Of a stretch of 32,000 nt of DNA, positions 1 through 12,800 are shown in pieces. Positions within the stretch are counted from its first letter, which is position 1. The number at the start of each line of letters is the position of its first letter. The notes beneath the pieces are model-generated. The model saw only the letters and a list, made by a program, of their open reading frames with translations. It made no database searches and was not told the origin of the DNA. This DNA is from Acholeplasma laidlawii PG-8A. Lineage in GTDB: Bacteria > Bacillota_I > Bacilli_A > Acholeplasmatales > Acholeplasmataceae. The stretch lies in the NCBI RefSeq assembly GCF_000018785.1, contig NC_010163.1:1200001-1232000 (forward strand), written 5' to 3'. Position numbers and translations under genes: made by a program.

Positions 1-53
1 AATTAACCCTTATTTATTAGATAAAATCAATGAATTACTCCATATTTAGACAA

Positions 54-84
54 ATAAAAAACTCACAGTTCATGTGAGTTTTAA
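54..84 (-). terminator. Rho-independent terminator closing the rRNA/tRNA-Asn operon
   Basis: 7-bp stem ACTCACA (61-67) / TGTGAGT (73-79) with a 5-nt loop. On the minus-strand transcript it is followed by UUUUUUAUUU (A-run 55-60 on plus). Confidence 0.7.
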
Positions 85-97
85 TTTATAAAAAAAG

Positions 98-174
98 TGG
101 CGCCCACTGCTGGACTCGAACCAGCGACCCCCTGATTAACAGTCAGGTGCTCTAACCAACTGAGCTAAGTAGGC
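98..174 (-). tRNA. tRNA-Asn (anticodon GTT), CCA encoded
   Basis: The reverse complement reads GCCTACTTAGCTCAGTTGGTTAGAGCACCTGACTGTTAATCAGGGGGTCGCTGGTTCGAGTCCAGCAGTGGGCGCCA. It folds as a cloverleaf with a 7-bp acceptor stem (one G-U), anticodon stem CCTGA/TCAGG, anticodon loop CTGTTAA and T-loop TTCGAGT. Confidence 0.93.
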
Positions 175-234
175 TTACAATTGATAATTCATGGGTGACA
201 CTAAGCTACATATAAAATATTTAAGAAAGTAAAT

Positions 235-346
<112 letters not shown>

Positions 347-412
347 CATAATGCTCTCAAAACTAGATAAATGATTTTCTCTGAAAAGAATGTGATGCGA
401 ATCATCACGAAA

Positions 413-3262
<2,850 letters not shown>

Positions 3263-3290
3263 TTATTTCTTTTCAGACATCATTTATCTA

Positions 3291-3305
3291 CTTTTCAAAG
3301 ATCTC
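3291..3305 (-). promoter_or_regulatory. boxA-like antitermination element in the spacer upstream of 23S
   Basis: The minus strand reads GAGATCTTTGAAAAG and resembles the Firmicute rrn boxA core (TGTTCTTTGAAAA). A near-identical copy lies in the 16S leader at 5206-5220. Confidence 0.55.
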
Positions 3306-3329
3306 AATTAGGTTACCCTAATTTTATAT

Positions 3330-3405
3330 TGGTGGAGCCTAGCGGGATCGAACCGCTGACCTCCTGCGTGCAAGGCAGGCGCTCTCCCAGCTGAGCTAAG
3401 GCCCC
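3330..3405 (-). tRNA. tRNA-Ala (anticodon TGC), CCA encoded, in the 16S-23S spacer
   Basis: The reverse complement reads GGGGCCTTAGCTCAGCTGGGAGAGCGCCTGCCTTGCACGCAGGAGGTCAGCGGTTCGATCCCGCTAGGCTCCACCA. It has the G3-U70 Ala identity pair and anticodon loop CTTGCAC. Confidence 0.95.
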
Positions 3406-3427
3406 AATTTTTATTGATATTTATTAA

Positions 3428-3504
3428 TGGTGGGCCTGAATGGACTTGAACCATCGACCCCTCGCTTATCAAGCGAGTGCTCTAACCAACTGAGCTACAG
3501 GCCC
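3428..3504 (-). tRNA. tRNA-Ile (anticodon GAT), CCA encoded, in the 16S-23S spacer
   Basis: The reverse complement reads GGGCCTGTAGCTCAGTTGGTTAGAGCACTCGCTTGATAAGCGAGGGGTCGATGGTTCAAGTCCATTCAGGCCCACCA. The anticodon loop is TTGATAA. Confidence 0.95.
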
Positions 3505-3640
3505 CACTTATTATTAATATGTGGTTACTTGTTTGAGTGACATTTAAGTCTCTCAAAACTGAATATGATGAACAAATTTAGAGAATGTTACTACTTACTA
3601 GTAGTCATCTTGTGCTAAGTGTTAGTTAGCCTTTCTCCTT

Positions 3641-5146
<1,506 letters not shown>

Positions 5147-5205
5147 ATTTATGTTTTGTTTTGATTTTAGCTCTTATTTTTGTTTTCTCTTGTTCATCAT
5201 CATTC

Positions 5206-5220
5206 AGTTTTCAAAGACTC
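5206..5220 (-). promoter_or_regulatory. boxA-like antitermination element in the rRNA leader
   Basis: The minus strand reads GAGTCTTTGAAAACT, a second copy of the motif at 3291-3305. It sits between the candidate promoters and mature 16S. Confidence 0.55.
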
Positions 5221-5252
5221 AATTTTGCGTCTCTTCTTTCGAGCGCTTAATC

Positions 5253-5281
5253 ATTCTATCATTATAATTTTTACTTGTCAA
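5253..5281 (-). promoter_or_regulatory. Candidate rRNA promoter P2 (TTGACA-17-TAGAAT)
   Basis: On the minus strand, TTGACA (5281-5276) and TAGAAT (5258-5253) are separated by exactly 17 nt. Confidence 0.55.
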
Positions 5282-5365
5282 CAACTTTTTTTATTTTGTT
5301 GAACTTTCAAGTTTATCTTATAGATAACAGTTGGATTTGTGTTCTCGAAGAAGTGAACCTGTAAT

Positions 5366-5393
5366 ATTCTAACACATACATAATATAAGTCAA
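5366..5393 (-). promoter_or_regulatory. Candidate rRNA promoter P1 (TTGACT-16-TAGAAT)
   Basis: On the minus strand, TTGACT (5393-5388) and TAGAAT (5371-5366) are separated by 16 nt. It forms a tandem arrangement with P2, as is common for rrn operons. Confidence 0.5.
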
Positions 5394-5464
5394 CCTTTAT
5401 TCTAAAAAAAAGTGCAAAAATGTAAATTAAAATGTTTTATTTTCAAAATCCGTAGTTTTCCAAT

Positions 5465-5499
5465 AAAAAAGGGCCACTTTTTGATTAGATGGCCCTTTT
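5465..5499 (-). terminator. Rho-independent terminator after rseP (sequence-symmetric, could act in both directions)
   Basis: Stem GGGCCA (5471-5476) / TGGCCC (5490-5495) is flanked by A6 on the left and T4 on the right. On the minus transcript the hairpin is followed by UUUUUU. Confidence 0.75.
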
Positions 5500-5513
5500 A
5501 AGGTAATTTTAAA

Positions 5514-7061
5514 TTATGTAAAAATTCTTAAAATGTCATTCCAAGTTACAAATACAAAGAGCATTAATAACAGTATAAAGAATGCATTATTGACAAGTCC
5601 TTCAACTTTAGCGGGAATTTTCTTTTTAGAAACTGCTTCGTATCCTAAGAATAATAAGCGACCACCGTCTAAAGCTGGAATTGGAAGTAAATTCATCAGT
5701 CCAATATTTACAGATAAGAAGGCTACAAATCCTAATAGGTTAATGAAACCACCTTGTGCTGCATTAGATACTAAACTAAATATACCGACTGGACCTGCAA
5801 GATCTGAAACACCCACACCACTAGAGGCACTAAATAACATACCAATAGTGTTTACCATTTCAGTAACTGAACCACCAAATCTTTGGAACGGATTATATAA
5901 TATATATAAGAAGTCAAATTCATAACCTGTTTGAAATCCAAAACGTACGGCTATACTTTCATGACCTAACTTATTTAATGTATCTTCAGGTAACACATCA
6001 TATGTAAAAGTTAAGTATTCTCCATCACGTAAAACGTTTAATGTAATAGTTGTTTCATTATAGTTTCTGGCAAGCACTAAAATATCTGACCAATTCGATA
6101 CAGGTATCCCATTAACTTGTGTGATTTCATCACCTAAGTTTACACCTGCACTACTTGCTTTACCACCGATACCACCAATAAATGCACCGTCTTTATACGC
6201 ATCTGTTGTATCATTGACTAAACCAAAATTTTGTAAAAGAATCGTCACATATAGATCAATAGATTCTTCAACACCGTTTCTAACGACTACTACTGGTACA
6301 ACATGATCTGTGATCAGTGCGCCCATTTGTCTAATGTCATCTAAGTCTTCGACATCTGTACCATCAATATTGACAATAATATCACCTGCAATTAAACCGG
6401 GATTTGATGATTCATGTACAACATTATCATCTACTGGTTTACCTTGAACAGCTGCAATAATAATAAATAGTAATAGGGCTAAGATAAAGTTCATCATTGG
6501 TCCCATAAATAATACTAAGAAACGTTGCCAAATTGTCTTAGATGCAAAAGATGATTCTTCTGGTGTGATCTGTAATTCTTTTTCTTTACCATAATAATAT
6601 TTAGCATCACGGGTCACTTGATATCGTAATACTTCACCTTCATCGGTTTTAATTTCAATGAAAAGTTCACTTAAGTTTTTACCATATAAATCAAAATCAA
6701 CAACTTCACCTGTAACAAGTGGTTTTTTTCTAGTTTGATCTAATAAAATACCTGTAACTAAACCTATCTCATTTAAACATATACCCACTCTAGAGCCTTT
6801 TGAGATTAAAGCATAATCCCCATTTTCTCCACTCATAGATACATAGCCACCTAAAGGTATAGCTCTAAAGGCATACTTTGTATCACCTTTAGTTTTTGCA
6901 ACAATTTGAGGTCCCATACCAATTGAAAACTCATGTATGAGAATACCAGCTCTTTTCGCGAATAAGAAATGTCCTAATTCGTGAATTGAGATGATTACTG
7001 TTAAAACTAATAAAAATAATATTAAGTTAGTCAATATACTAACAAGTTGTGAAAAATCCAT
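5514..7061 (-). CDS. rseP: RIP site-2 zinc metalloprotease (RseP/RasP family, M50)
   Basis: It has an N-terminal TM helix followed by HELGH, two PDZ-like segments (GDIIVNIDG and GDEITQVNG) and the C-terminal NLLPIPALDGG motif. It sits downstream of cdsA as in other Firmicutes. Confidence 0.9.
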   Translation of the reverse strand: MDFSQLVSILTNLILFLLVLTVIISIHELGHFLFAKRAGILIHEFSIGMGPQIVAKTKGDTKYAFRAIPLGGYVSMSGENGDYALISKGSRVGICLNEIGLVTGILLDQTRKKPLVTGEVVDFDLYGKNLSELFIEIKTDEGEVLRYQVTRDAKYYYGKEKELQITPEESSFASKTIWQRFLVLFMGPMMNFILALLLFIIIAAVQGKPVDDNVVHESSNPGLIAGDIIVNIDGTDVEDLDDIRQMGALITDHVVPVVVVRNGVEESIDLYVTILLQNFGLVNDTTDAYKDGAFIGGIGGKASSAGVNLGDEITQVNGIPVSNWSDILVLARNYNETTITLNVLRDGEYLTFTYDVLPEDTLNKLGHESIAVRFGFQTGYEFDFLYILYNPFQRFGGSVTEMVNTIGMLFSASSGVGVSDLAGPVGIFSLVSNAAQGGFINLLGFVAFLSVNIGLMNLLPIPALDGGRLLFLGYEAVSKKKIPAKVEGLVNNAFFILLLMLFVFVTWNDILRIFT

Positions 7062-7082
7062 AGTGCTACTCCTTATACGAAA

Positions 7083-8039
7083 CTACATTGGGTAAAACTG
7101 TTTAATTAATATAAATATACCTAAGAACATGATACCGATGAATATAATAGAGTCAAAACGATCTAAGATACCACCATGACCTGGAAATATATTTCCAAAA
7201 TCTTTAATTTTATAATTACGTTTTAATTTAGAAGCTACTAAATCTCCTATTTGAGCAGATATAGAACCTAATAAAGTAATCGGTATAATGATAAGTGCTT
7301 GAATTAATAAATGCTCATTACCTATACTAGTAAAGTTATCAAATATCGTTTGGTAACCATCTGGATTAAAGATATATCCTAAAAATCCATCTGGGCTAAA
7401 TATTACACCATAGAATATTGCAAATGATGATGCAATAATCGTGCCAAAGAATGTACCTGCAATAGCACCTTCCCATGATTTTTTAGGTGATATTCTTGGT
7501 GCCATCTTATGTTTACCAAAAGCAATACCAAAGAAATAAGCAAAGATATCTGTCATCATCGAAATTAAGGCTACATAAACAATAAACCTGACACCTAAAT
7601 ATCTTAAGATAGTAATCGATGCAGCACCTAAACCAATATAATTAATAATCGTAAATGCTTTACCTAAATCTGATCCACTAAAATCATCAATGAATACTAA
7701 TAAACTTAATAAAATAACTGTTACAAATGAAAGTATTATGACTGGGTTTAGATTTAATGTAATTAAAGATAAACCAGGTAATACTTGCGGATTTAATGGT
7801 GCAATCATCCCACCAACATTCATATAGGTTAATAAGGATAATACGATAATGACTACTTGAACGACAATTTTGATTGGCTTTTCTTTTTCATACATATGAA
7901 TAAGTTCTAATGCCCCCATAATCACAAATAGTAACATCACTACTTGAAATATATTAAATACCCATTTTGGATAATTTAAAACTGTAATTGGTAGCAATAA
8001 TAATATTAAAACAATTGCTGTAATGATTCTTTTCTTCAT
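7083..8039 (-). CDS. cdsA: Phosphatidate cytidylyltransferase (CDP-diglyceride synthase)
   Basis: Polytopic membrane protein with the CdsA signature SKLKRNYKIKDFGNIFPGHGGILDRFDS. Confidence 0.9.
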   Translation of the reverse strand: MKKRIITAIVLILLLLPITVLNYPKWVFNIFQVVMLLFVIMGALELIHMYEKEKPIKIVVQVVIIVLSLLTYMNVGGMIAPLNPQVLPGLSLITLNLNPVIILSFVTVILLSLLVFIDDFSGSDLGKAFTIINYIGLGAASITILRYLGVRFIVYVALISMMTDIFAYFFGIAFGKHKMAPRISPKKSWEGAIAGTFFGTIIASSFAIFYGVIFSPDGFLGYIFNPDGYQTIFDNFTSIGNEHLLIQALIIIPITLLGSISAQIGDLVASKLKRNYKIKDFGNIFPGHGGILDRFDSIIFIGIMFLGIFILIKQFYPM

Positions 8040-8042
8040 ATG

Positions 8043-8711
8043 TTATAATCCCCCAAAACGTCTTTGTCGTTTTGAATACTCTTTGAGTGCCCTATCAAAA
8101 TGTTTGATTTTAAATGCTGGCCAGTATCTTTTTGTAAAATATAATTCCGCGTATGCTATTTGCCATAGTAAGAAGTTAGATAACCTTTGTTCTCCACCTG
8201 TGCGAATTAATAGATCTACTGGTCTATTTACCATCAAATGTTGTTCTAGATGTGCTTCATCTATAACATCCATTTGTTTGATGGCAGTAATGAGTTCATC
8301 ATAACTACCGTAATCAATACATACATTAATTGTCATACCTGTAAAATCTTTTGTTTCATCTTCCAGACTATCCATTAATTCTAAAATATCTTTGGATAAT
8401 CTATCTTTTCTTCCTTTAAAACGAATACGGATATTTGCTTGACAGATTCTAGCTTTATTTTTACCTACAACTTCGATTGGTTTAGTCATTAAATATTCGA
8501 CTTCATCCTGTGGTCTTTTCCAGTTTTCAGTTGAAAAAGCATAAACAGTGAGTTCTTCTATACCTCTTTTATTTGCATGTTCGGCAATTTTAGCCAGATT
8601 TAGGCCACCTTGATAGTGACCTGCTGATCTTGGTAGATGTAATCTTTTAGCCCACCTGCCATTGCCATCTAAAATAATGGCGACGTGTTTTGGTAGATTT
8701 TGAATTTTCAT
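8043..8711 (-). CDS. uppS: Isoprenyl transferase / undecaprenyl-diphosphate synthase
   Basis: Carries the cis-prenyltransferase motifs HVAIILDGNGRWA and LLIRTGGEQRLSNFLLWQIAYAELYF. Confidence 0.92.
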   Translation of the reverse strand: MKIQNLPKHVAIILDGNGRWAKRLHLPRSAGHYQGGLNLAKIAEHANKRGIEELTVYAFSTENWKRPQDEVEYLMTKPIEVVGKNKARICQANIRIRFKGRKDRLSKDILELMDSLEDETKDFTGMTINVCIDYGSYDELITAIKQMDVIDEAHLEQHLMVNRPVDLLIRTGGEQRLSNFLLWQIAYAELYFTKRYWPAFKIKHFDRALKEYSKRQRRFGGL

Positions 8712-8748
8712 GAATAGTTTCCTTTCAAGTACACTTTATTATAGCAAA

Positions 8749-9744
8749 CTAAACTTCAATGACCCAACCAAAATCTTCTTTTATATCGCCAAACTGTATA
8801 CTTTGAATTAAATCATATAATTTATGTAATTTTTCATACGATTTGAACTCATAATTCACACCATTATCGTGAATTTTAGAAATTGGTGTAATCACAGCAG
8901 CTGTGCCACATGCACCCACTTCATCAAATGTAGATAGTTCTGTGACATCAATTGCACGTCGAATCACTTCCATGCCTAACATCTTTTCAGCAATTGTTTG
9001 TAAAGAGTTGTTTGTAATACTTGGTAAGATTGATTTTGACTGCGGTGTAATAAACATATTATCCTTAATCGCGATAATATTGGTTGCACCCGTTTCATCT
9101 ACTTTGGTATGTGTTTTTGGATCTAAATATAAACAATCATCAAACCCTTGTTGTTTTGCTAAATGTTTAGGATATAAACTTGCCGCGTAGTTCGCACCAG
9201 ATTTTACATGACCTAGACCATTTGGTGCAGCACGGTCATATGGTGTTGTTGTTAAATCAATTGGTTTAAATCCATCTTTAAAGTAATTTCCAACTGGTGT
9301 TGCTACAATACAAAATAAGAATTCATTAGAGGACCTTACACCCATCACAGTTTCTGTACCAATGACAAACGGTCTAATGTATAAAGTACCTTTAGATTCA
9401 TAACTTGGTACTAAATCTTTATTAGCTTCTACAACTTTGTGTACTGCATCTAAAAACATCTCAACCGGTACTTTGGGCATGAGGAGTCTTTCACAACTAT
9501 TTTGTAGCCTTTTAGCATTCGCATCTGGTCTAAATAGTAAAGTGCGCCCATCTTTTGCACGGTATGCCTTTAAACCTTCAAAGACTGATTGTCCATAATG
9601 AAGTGCAACAGCCATCGCTGATATTTCAAAATGAAGTGAACTATCTAATTTACCTTCATCCCATTTTCCATCTTTATAATAAGCATAATATACTTTATTT
9701 GTTCCATGATACTTAAATCCTTCTACTTTCATCCGTGTGCCCAT
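8749..9744 (-). CDS. ilvE: Branched-chain amino acid aminotransferase (class IV PLP enzyme)
   Basis: Shows YwaA/YbgE-type similarity: FEGLKAYR, LYIRPF, GANYAASL, ETGATNI. The start is uncertain, either ATG 9744 or ATG 9732. Confidence 0.85.
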   Translation of the reverse strand: MGTRMKVEGFKYHGTNKVYYAYYKDGKWDEGKLDSSLHFEISAMAVALHYGQSVFEGLKAYRAKDGRTLLFRPDANAKRLQNSCERLLMPKVPVEMFLDAVHKVVEANKDLVPSYESKGTLYIRPFVIGTETVMGVRSSNEFLFCIVATPVGNYFKDGFKPIDLTTTPYDRAAPNGLGHVKSGANYAASLYPKHLAKQQGFDDCLYLDPKTHTKVDETGATNIIAIKDNMFITPQSKSILPSITNNSLQTIAEKMLGMEVIRRAIDVTELSTFDEVGACGTAAVITPISKIHDNGVNYEFKSYEKLHKLYDLIQSIQFGDIKEDFGWVIEV

Positions 9745-9834
9745 AGGTGATGTATATACATCACTATCCCTTTCCTTGATTCATTTTTGATATATCACAA
9801 TTGCTTAAAATAATTACTTATCATTATACCACAA

Positions 9835-9868
9835 AGAAAAAAGCATACCCTTTAAATGAAGTATGCTT
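9835..9868 (-). terminator. Rho-independent terminator after the 9876-10112 gene
   Basis: Stem AAGCATAC (9841-9848) / GTATGCTT (9861-9868). On the minus transcript it is followed by UUUUUUCUUU. Confidence 0.7.
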
Positions 9869-9875
9869 ATATATT

Positions 9876-10112
9876 TTATAAAGCGTCTGTTAATATTGGT
9901 TTGCCCATTGCAGTGGTTGTAACTATATCAATGATCCATAAGATGTTCCATCCAAGAACAATCCATAAGATACCTACAATCAGTAACCCATTATTCTTTA
10001 GTTCAGCACCTTTAACAATTCTGTAAATCGCCCAAGTAATATCAAGAAGTGGTAAACAAAATATCACCTTTACAACAAACGGTAATTCATCCATCCATTC
10101 AACAAATTTCAT
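9876..10112 (-). CDS. Small (78 aa) two-TM membrane protein, paralogue of 10222-10437
   Basis: A strong SD (AAAGGAGAAAC) lies 7 nt upstream, and the gene has its own promoter and terminator. It shares a layout with its neighbour: hydrophobic helix, IxRVxxG/IYRIVKG turn, second helix ending in IIDxVT. Confidence 0.6.
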   Translation of the reverse strand: MKFVEWMDELPFVVKVIFCLPLLDITWAIYRIVKGAELKNNGLLIVGILWIVLGWNILWIIDIVTTTAMGKPILTDAL

Positions 10113-10143
10113 ATTTTAGTTTCTCCTTTTATAGTATAGTTCT

Positions 10144-10172
10144 ATTATATACCTTTAATTTATAAGTTTCAA
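10144..10172 (-). promoter_or_regulatory. Candidate promoter of the 9876-10112 gene (TTGAAA-17-TATAAT)
   Basis: On the minus strand, TTGAAA (10172-10167) and TATAAT (10149-10144) are separated by 17 nt. Confidence 0.6.
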
Positions 10173-10206
10173 TAAATAAAAACTGCAGCCTTTTCTGGTT
10201 GCAGTT
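10172..10206 (-). terminator. Rho-independent terminator after the 10222-10437 gene
   Basis: 10-bp stem AACTGCAGCC / GGTTGCAGTT with one mismatch, followed by UUUAUUUAUU on the minus transcript. Confidence 0.65.
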
Positions 10207-10221
10207 TTAAACTTAACTTCT

Positions 10222-10437
10222 CTAAGCTAAGACAGTTAAGTCGCGACTTAAAATCATAGTGACTAAGTCGATGATATAGAATAAAGGAGCAATGAAGAAG
10301 TTTAAAACAGCCCCTAAAATGTTTCCACGTTGAACTCTTGTAACTATACCTAAGATAACGTTAGTTACCGGAATAATCGCTAGGATTAATGATACAATCC
10401 ACTCTAAACCTAAATATGCTTTTTGTCTTTTTGCCAT
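10222..10437 (-). CDS. Small (71 aa) two-TM membrane protein, paralogue of 9876-10112
   Basis: An SD (AAAGGAGAT) lies upstream. The protein has two hydrophobic helices and the shared C-terminal motif YIIDLVT. No family assignment is possible by eye, though the W/Y-IID ending is loosely TM2-like. Confidence 0.55.
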   Translation of the reverse strand: MAKRQKAYLGLEWIVSLILAIIPVTNVILGIVTRVQRGNILGAVLNFFIAPLFYIIDLVTMILSRDLTVLA

Positions 10438-10473
10438 TGTAAATCTCCTTTTTCTTTTATTTTACCACATAAT

Positions 10474-10504
10474 AAAAAAAACCACTTATTACAAGTGGTT
10501 TTTA
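10474..10504 (-). terminator. Rho-independent terminator after frr
   Basis: Stem AACCACTT (10480-10487) / AAGTGGTT (10493-10500), flanked by A8 on the left and T4 on the right. Confidence 0.75.
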
Positions 10505-10512
10505 TCATTTAA

Positions 10513-11067
10513 TTAGACGTCTAATAATTCTTCGGATTTTTCTTTAGTCAGTTCATCTACTTTTTTGACATATGCGTCAGTTAGTGCTTGAACATCTTCT
10601 AAGTATCCTTTTTCATCATCTTCAGTTAATCCTAATTTCTTAAGATGTTCATTACCATCTCTACGGATATGACGAATTGCTACTTTACCAGCTTCAGCCA
10701 TTTTCTCAACATCTTTAACAAGACTACGACGTCTTTCACCAGTTAGCGCTGGTAATGTTAAGCGAATACCTGTTCCATCATTTCTTGGAGGTAATTCTAA
10801 TGAAGATGTGTTGATCGCAGTTTCTATATCTTTTAATATAGATTTGTCAAAAGGTTTGATGTAAAGTTGTTGTGCTTCAGGTACTGAGATGGATGCTACT
10901 TGTTTAAGTGGTGTATCTACACCATAGTAACTTACCATAATACGGTCAAGAATATTTGGGTTTGCACGACCTGTACGAACTGCTGCATATTCTCTGCCTA
11001 AAGCTTCTAAACTCTTTTCCATTTTTTCTTCAATTTCAAGTAATATCATATCTGCTTGTTCATTCAT
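10513..11067 (-). CDS. frr: Ribosome recycling factor
   Basis: 184 aa with [14 protein letters not shown] and a typical RRF length. Its start overlaps the pyrH stop by 4 nt (ATGA). Confidence 0.95.
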   Translation of the reverse strand: MNEQADMILLEIEEKMEKSLEALGREYAAVRTGRANPNILDRIMVSYYGVDTPLKQVASISVPEAQQLYIKPFDKSILKDIETAINTSSLELPPRNDGTGIRLTLPALTGERRRSLVKDVEKMAEAGKVAIRHIRRDGNEHLKKLGLTEDDEKGYLEDVQALTDAYVKKVDELTKEKSEELLDV

Positions 11068-11792
11068 GAGTTTGCTCCGTTTCTTACAACTGTACCGATG
11101 TCTTCTCCTTTAGCTGCCTTTAGAATGTTGCCAGGTTTATTCATATCAAATACAAGTATTTCAATATGGTTGTCCTTGCAAAGACTTGCTGCTGTAGAAT
11201 CCATGATTTGTAAATTTTTTTCTAGGACTTGTTGATGTGATACTTCTCTTAAAAGTACAGCATCACTAAATTTATTAGGGTCTTTATCATAGACACCATC
11301 TACACCATTTTTGGCCATTAAGATAACATCGCTATCTAATTCAGCTGCACGGAGTGCTGCTGTTGTATCAGTTGAAAAATATGGGGATCCTGTGCCACCT
11401 GCTAATATGACTACACGCCCTTTTTCAAAGTGTCTTAATGCACGTCTTCGAATATAAGGTTCAGCTACAGCTGCAATTTGTAGTGCTGTCATTACACGGC
11501 TTGGGCTTTCAATAGCTTCAAGTGCGTCTTGTAGGGCTAAACTGTTCATGATCGTACCTAGCATACCCATGTAGTCTGCTTGGGCACGGTCCATACCAAG
11601 TTCTTCACCGGTCTTACCACGCCATAAATTACCTGCACCGACAACGACTGCAACTTCTATGCCAGCGTTACGGACAGTTTTAATTTCTTGAGCAATCTTT
11701 TTAACTGTTTTAGGATCAATGCCATATTGGCCATCTCCTTTTAAAGCTTCTCCAGATATTTTTAAAATGATTCGACGATACATTGGATTCAA
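11064..11792 (-). CDS. pyrH: UMP kinase
   Basis: Contains [19 protein letters not shown] and [17 protein letters not shown]. It shows the conserved tsf-pyrH-frr synteny. Confidence 0.95.
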   Translation of the reverse strand: MNPMYRRIILKISGEALKGDGQYGIDPKTVKKIAQEIKTVRNAGIEVAVVVGAGNLWRGKTGEELGMDRAQADYMGMLGTIMNSLALQDALEAIESPSRVMTALQIAAVAEPYIRRRALRHFEKGRVVILAGGTGSPYFSTDTTAALRAAELDSDVILMAKNGVDGVYDKDPNKFSDAVLLREVSHQQVLEKNLQIMDSTAASLCKDNHIEILVFDMNKPGNILKAAKGEDIGTVVRNGANS

Positions 11793-11810
11793 CCCCTTTT
11801 TAAAAGATTT

Positions 11811-12701
11811 TTATTTGTTTACTTGTGCCATTACTTCTGCTGCAAAATCGTCTACTTTCTTTTCAATACCTTCTCCAACTTCTAAACGTACATAACTTAA
11901 GATGTTGTTGTTAGCTGATTTTAAGTAGTTAGCAACTGTAATTGATGGGTCTTTTACAAATCCTTGGTCTAATAATACAATTTCTTGTAATACTTTGTTT
12001 AAGCGACCTTGTAAAATACCATTTAAAATCTTTTCTGGTTTTCCTTGTAGTGATTCATCATTTGCGATTTGTTCTGAAATTACTTTTGTTTCAACTTCAA
12101 TAGTAGATTGGTTGACATCTTTTCTACTTAAGAATTGAGGGTTGAACACTGTAATGTGCATTGCTAAATCTTTAGCTAATTCTTCATTTGCTGATTCTAA
12201 TACTGTTAATACTGAAATACGTCCGCCCATGTGTTTGTAAGCACCAAAGCCTTGAGCATCTGTTTTCTTAACACGTACGACACGTCTTAATGAAATTTTT
12301 TCTCCGATTGTTGCTGTTGCACCTAATATAACTTCTTCAACTGTTTTACCTGAAGCGCCTTTTAACGATAAAGCTTCTTCAACTGATGCTACATTAGATT
12401 CAATAAATAAGTTACCTAATTCTTCAATTAGATCTGTAAATTGTTTGTTTTTAGCAACAAAGTCTGTTTCTGAGTTTAACTCAAATAATACAGCCTCATT
12501 ACCTTTAACTACAACTGAAGTTAAACCTTCTGCTGCAATTCTATCCGCTTTTTTAGCTGCTTTAGCAATCCCTTTTTCTCTTAAAAGTGTTGCTGCTGCT
12601 TCAATATCTCCATTAGTTTCTTCTAATGCTTTTTTGCAGTCTAACATACCTGCACCGGTTTTTTGTCTAAGCTCTTTAACCATAGCTGCTGTAATCGTCA
12701 T
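11811..12701 (-). CDS. tsf: Translation elongation factor Ts
   Basis: N-terminal UBA-like region MVKELRQKTGAGMLDCKKALEE; 296 aa; downstream of rpsB. Confidence 0.95.
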   Translation of the reverse strand: MTITAAMVKELRQKTGAGMLDCKKALEETNGDIEAAATLLREKGIAKAAKKADRIAAEGLTSVVVKGNEAVLFELNSETDFVAKNKQFTDLIEELGNLFIESNVASVEEALSLKGASGKTVEEVILGATATIGEKISLRRVVRVKKTDAQGFGAYKHMGGRISVLTVLESANEELAKDLAMHITVFNPQFLSRKDVNQSTIEVETKVISEQIANDESLQGKPEKILNGILQGRLNKVLQEIVLLDQGFVKDPSITVANYLKSANNNILSYVRLEVGEGIEKKVDDFAAEVMAQVNK

Positions 12702-12759
12702 TATTTAGTTCTCCTTAACTTGTTTATCAATAGTATTATACTATAATTTATTATATTTT

Positions 12760-12794
12760 TATAAAATAAAGGGATGATATATTCATCCCCTTTG
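12760..12794 (-). terminator. Hairpin plus U-tract between rpsB and tsf (terminator or attenuator)
   Basis: The minus transcript reads AAAGGGGAUGA-AUAUA-UCAUCCCUUU (one bulged G) followed by AUUUUAU. Confidence 0.5.
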
Positions 12795-12800
12795 TAAATA

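Noticed and set aside
391-407. Hairpin GTGATGCGAATCATCAC in the 23S-5S spacer, which resembles the ilvE palindrome arms (GTGATG...CATCAC)
   Set aside because: It is most simply an rRNA processing stem. The shared 6-mer arms are short and AT-context-compatible with chance, and there is no further similarity.
5262-5281. TTGACA followed by TATAAT upstream of the rRNA leader
   Set aside because: The spacing is only 9 nt, so it cannot be a sigma-A promoter. The same -35 pairs properly with TAGAAT at 17 nt, which is the promoter reported as P2.
5533-6306. Plus-strand ORFs 5533-5925 and 6121-6306
   Set aside because: These are antisense shadows entirely inside rseP. The translations are low-complexity, no SD or promoter is present, and the rseP frame has clear motifs.
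8023-9190. Plus-strand ORFs 8023-8304 and 8903-9190
   Set aside because: These are antisense to uppS and ilvE respectively. They show no translation signals and are typical AT-rich shadow ORFs.
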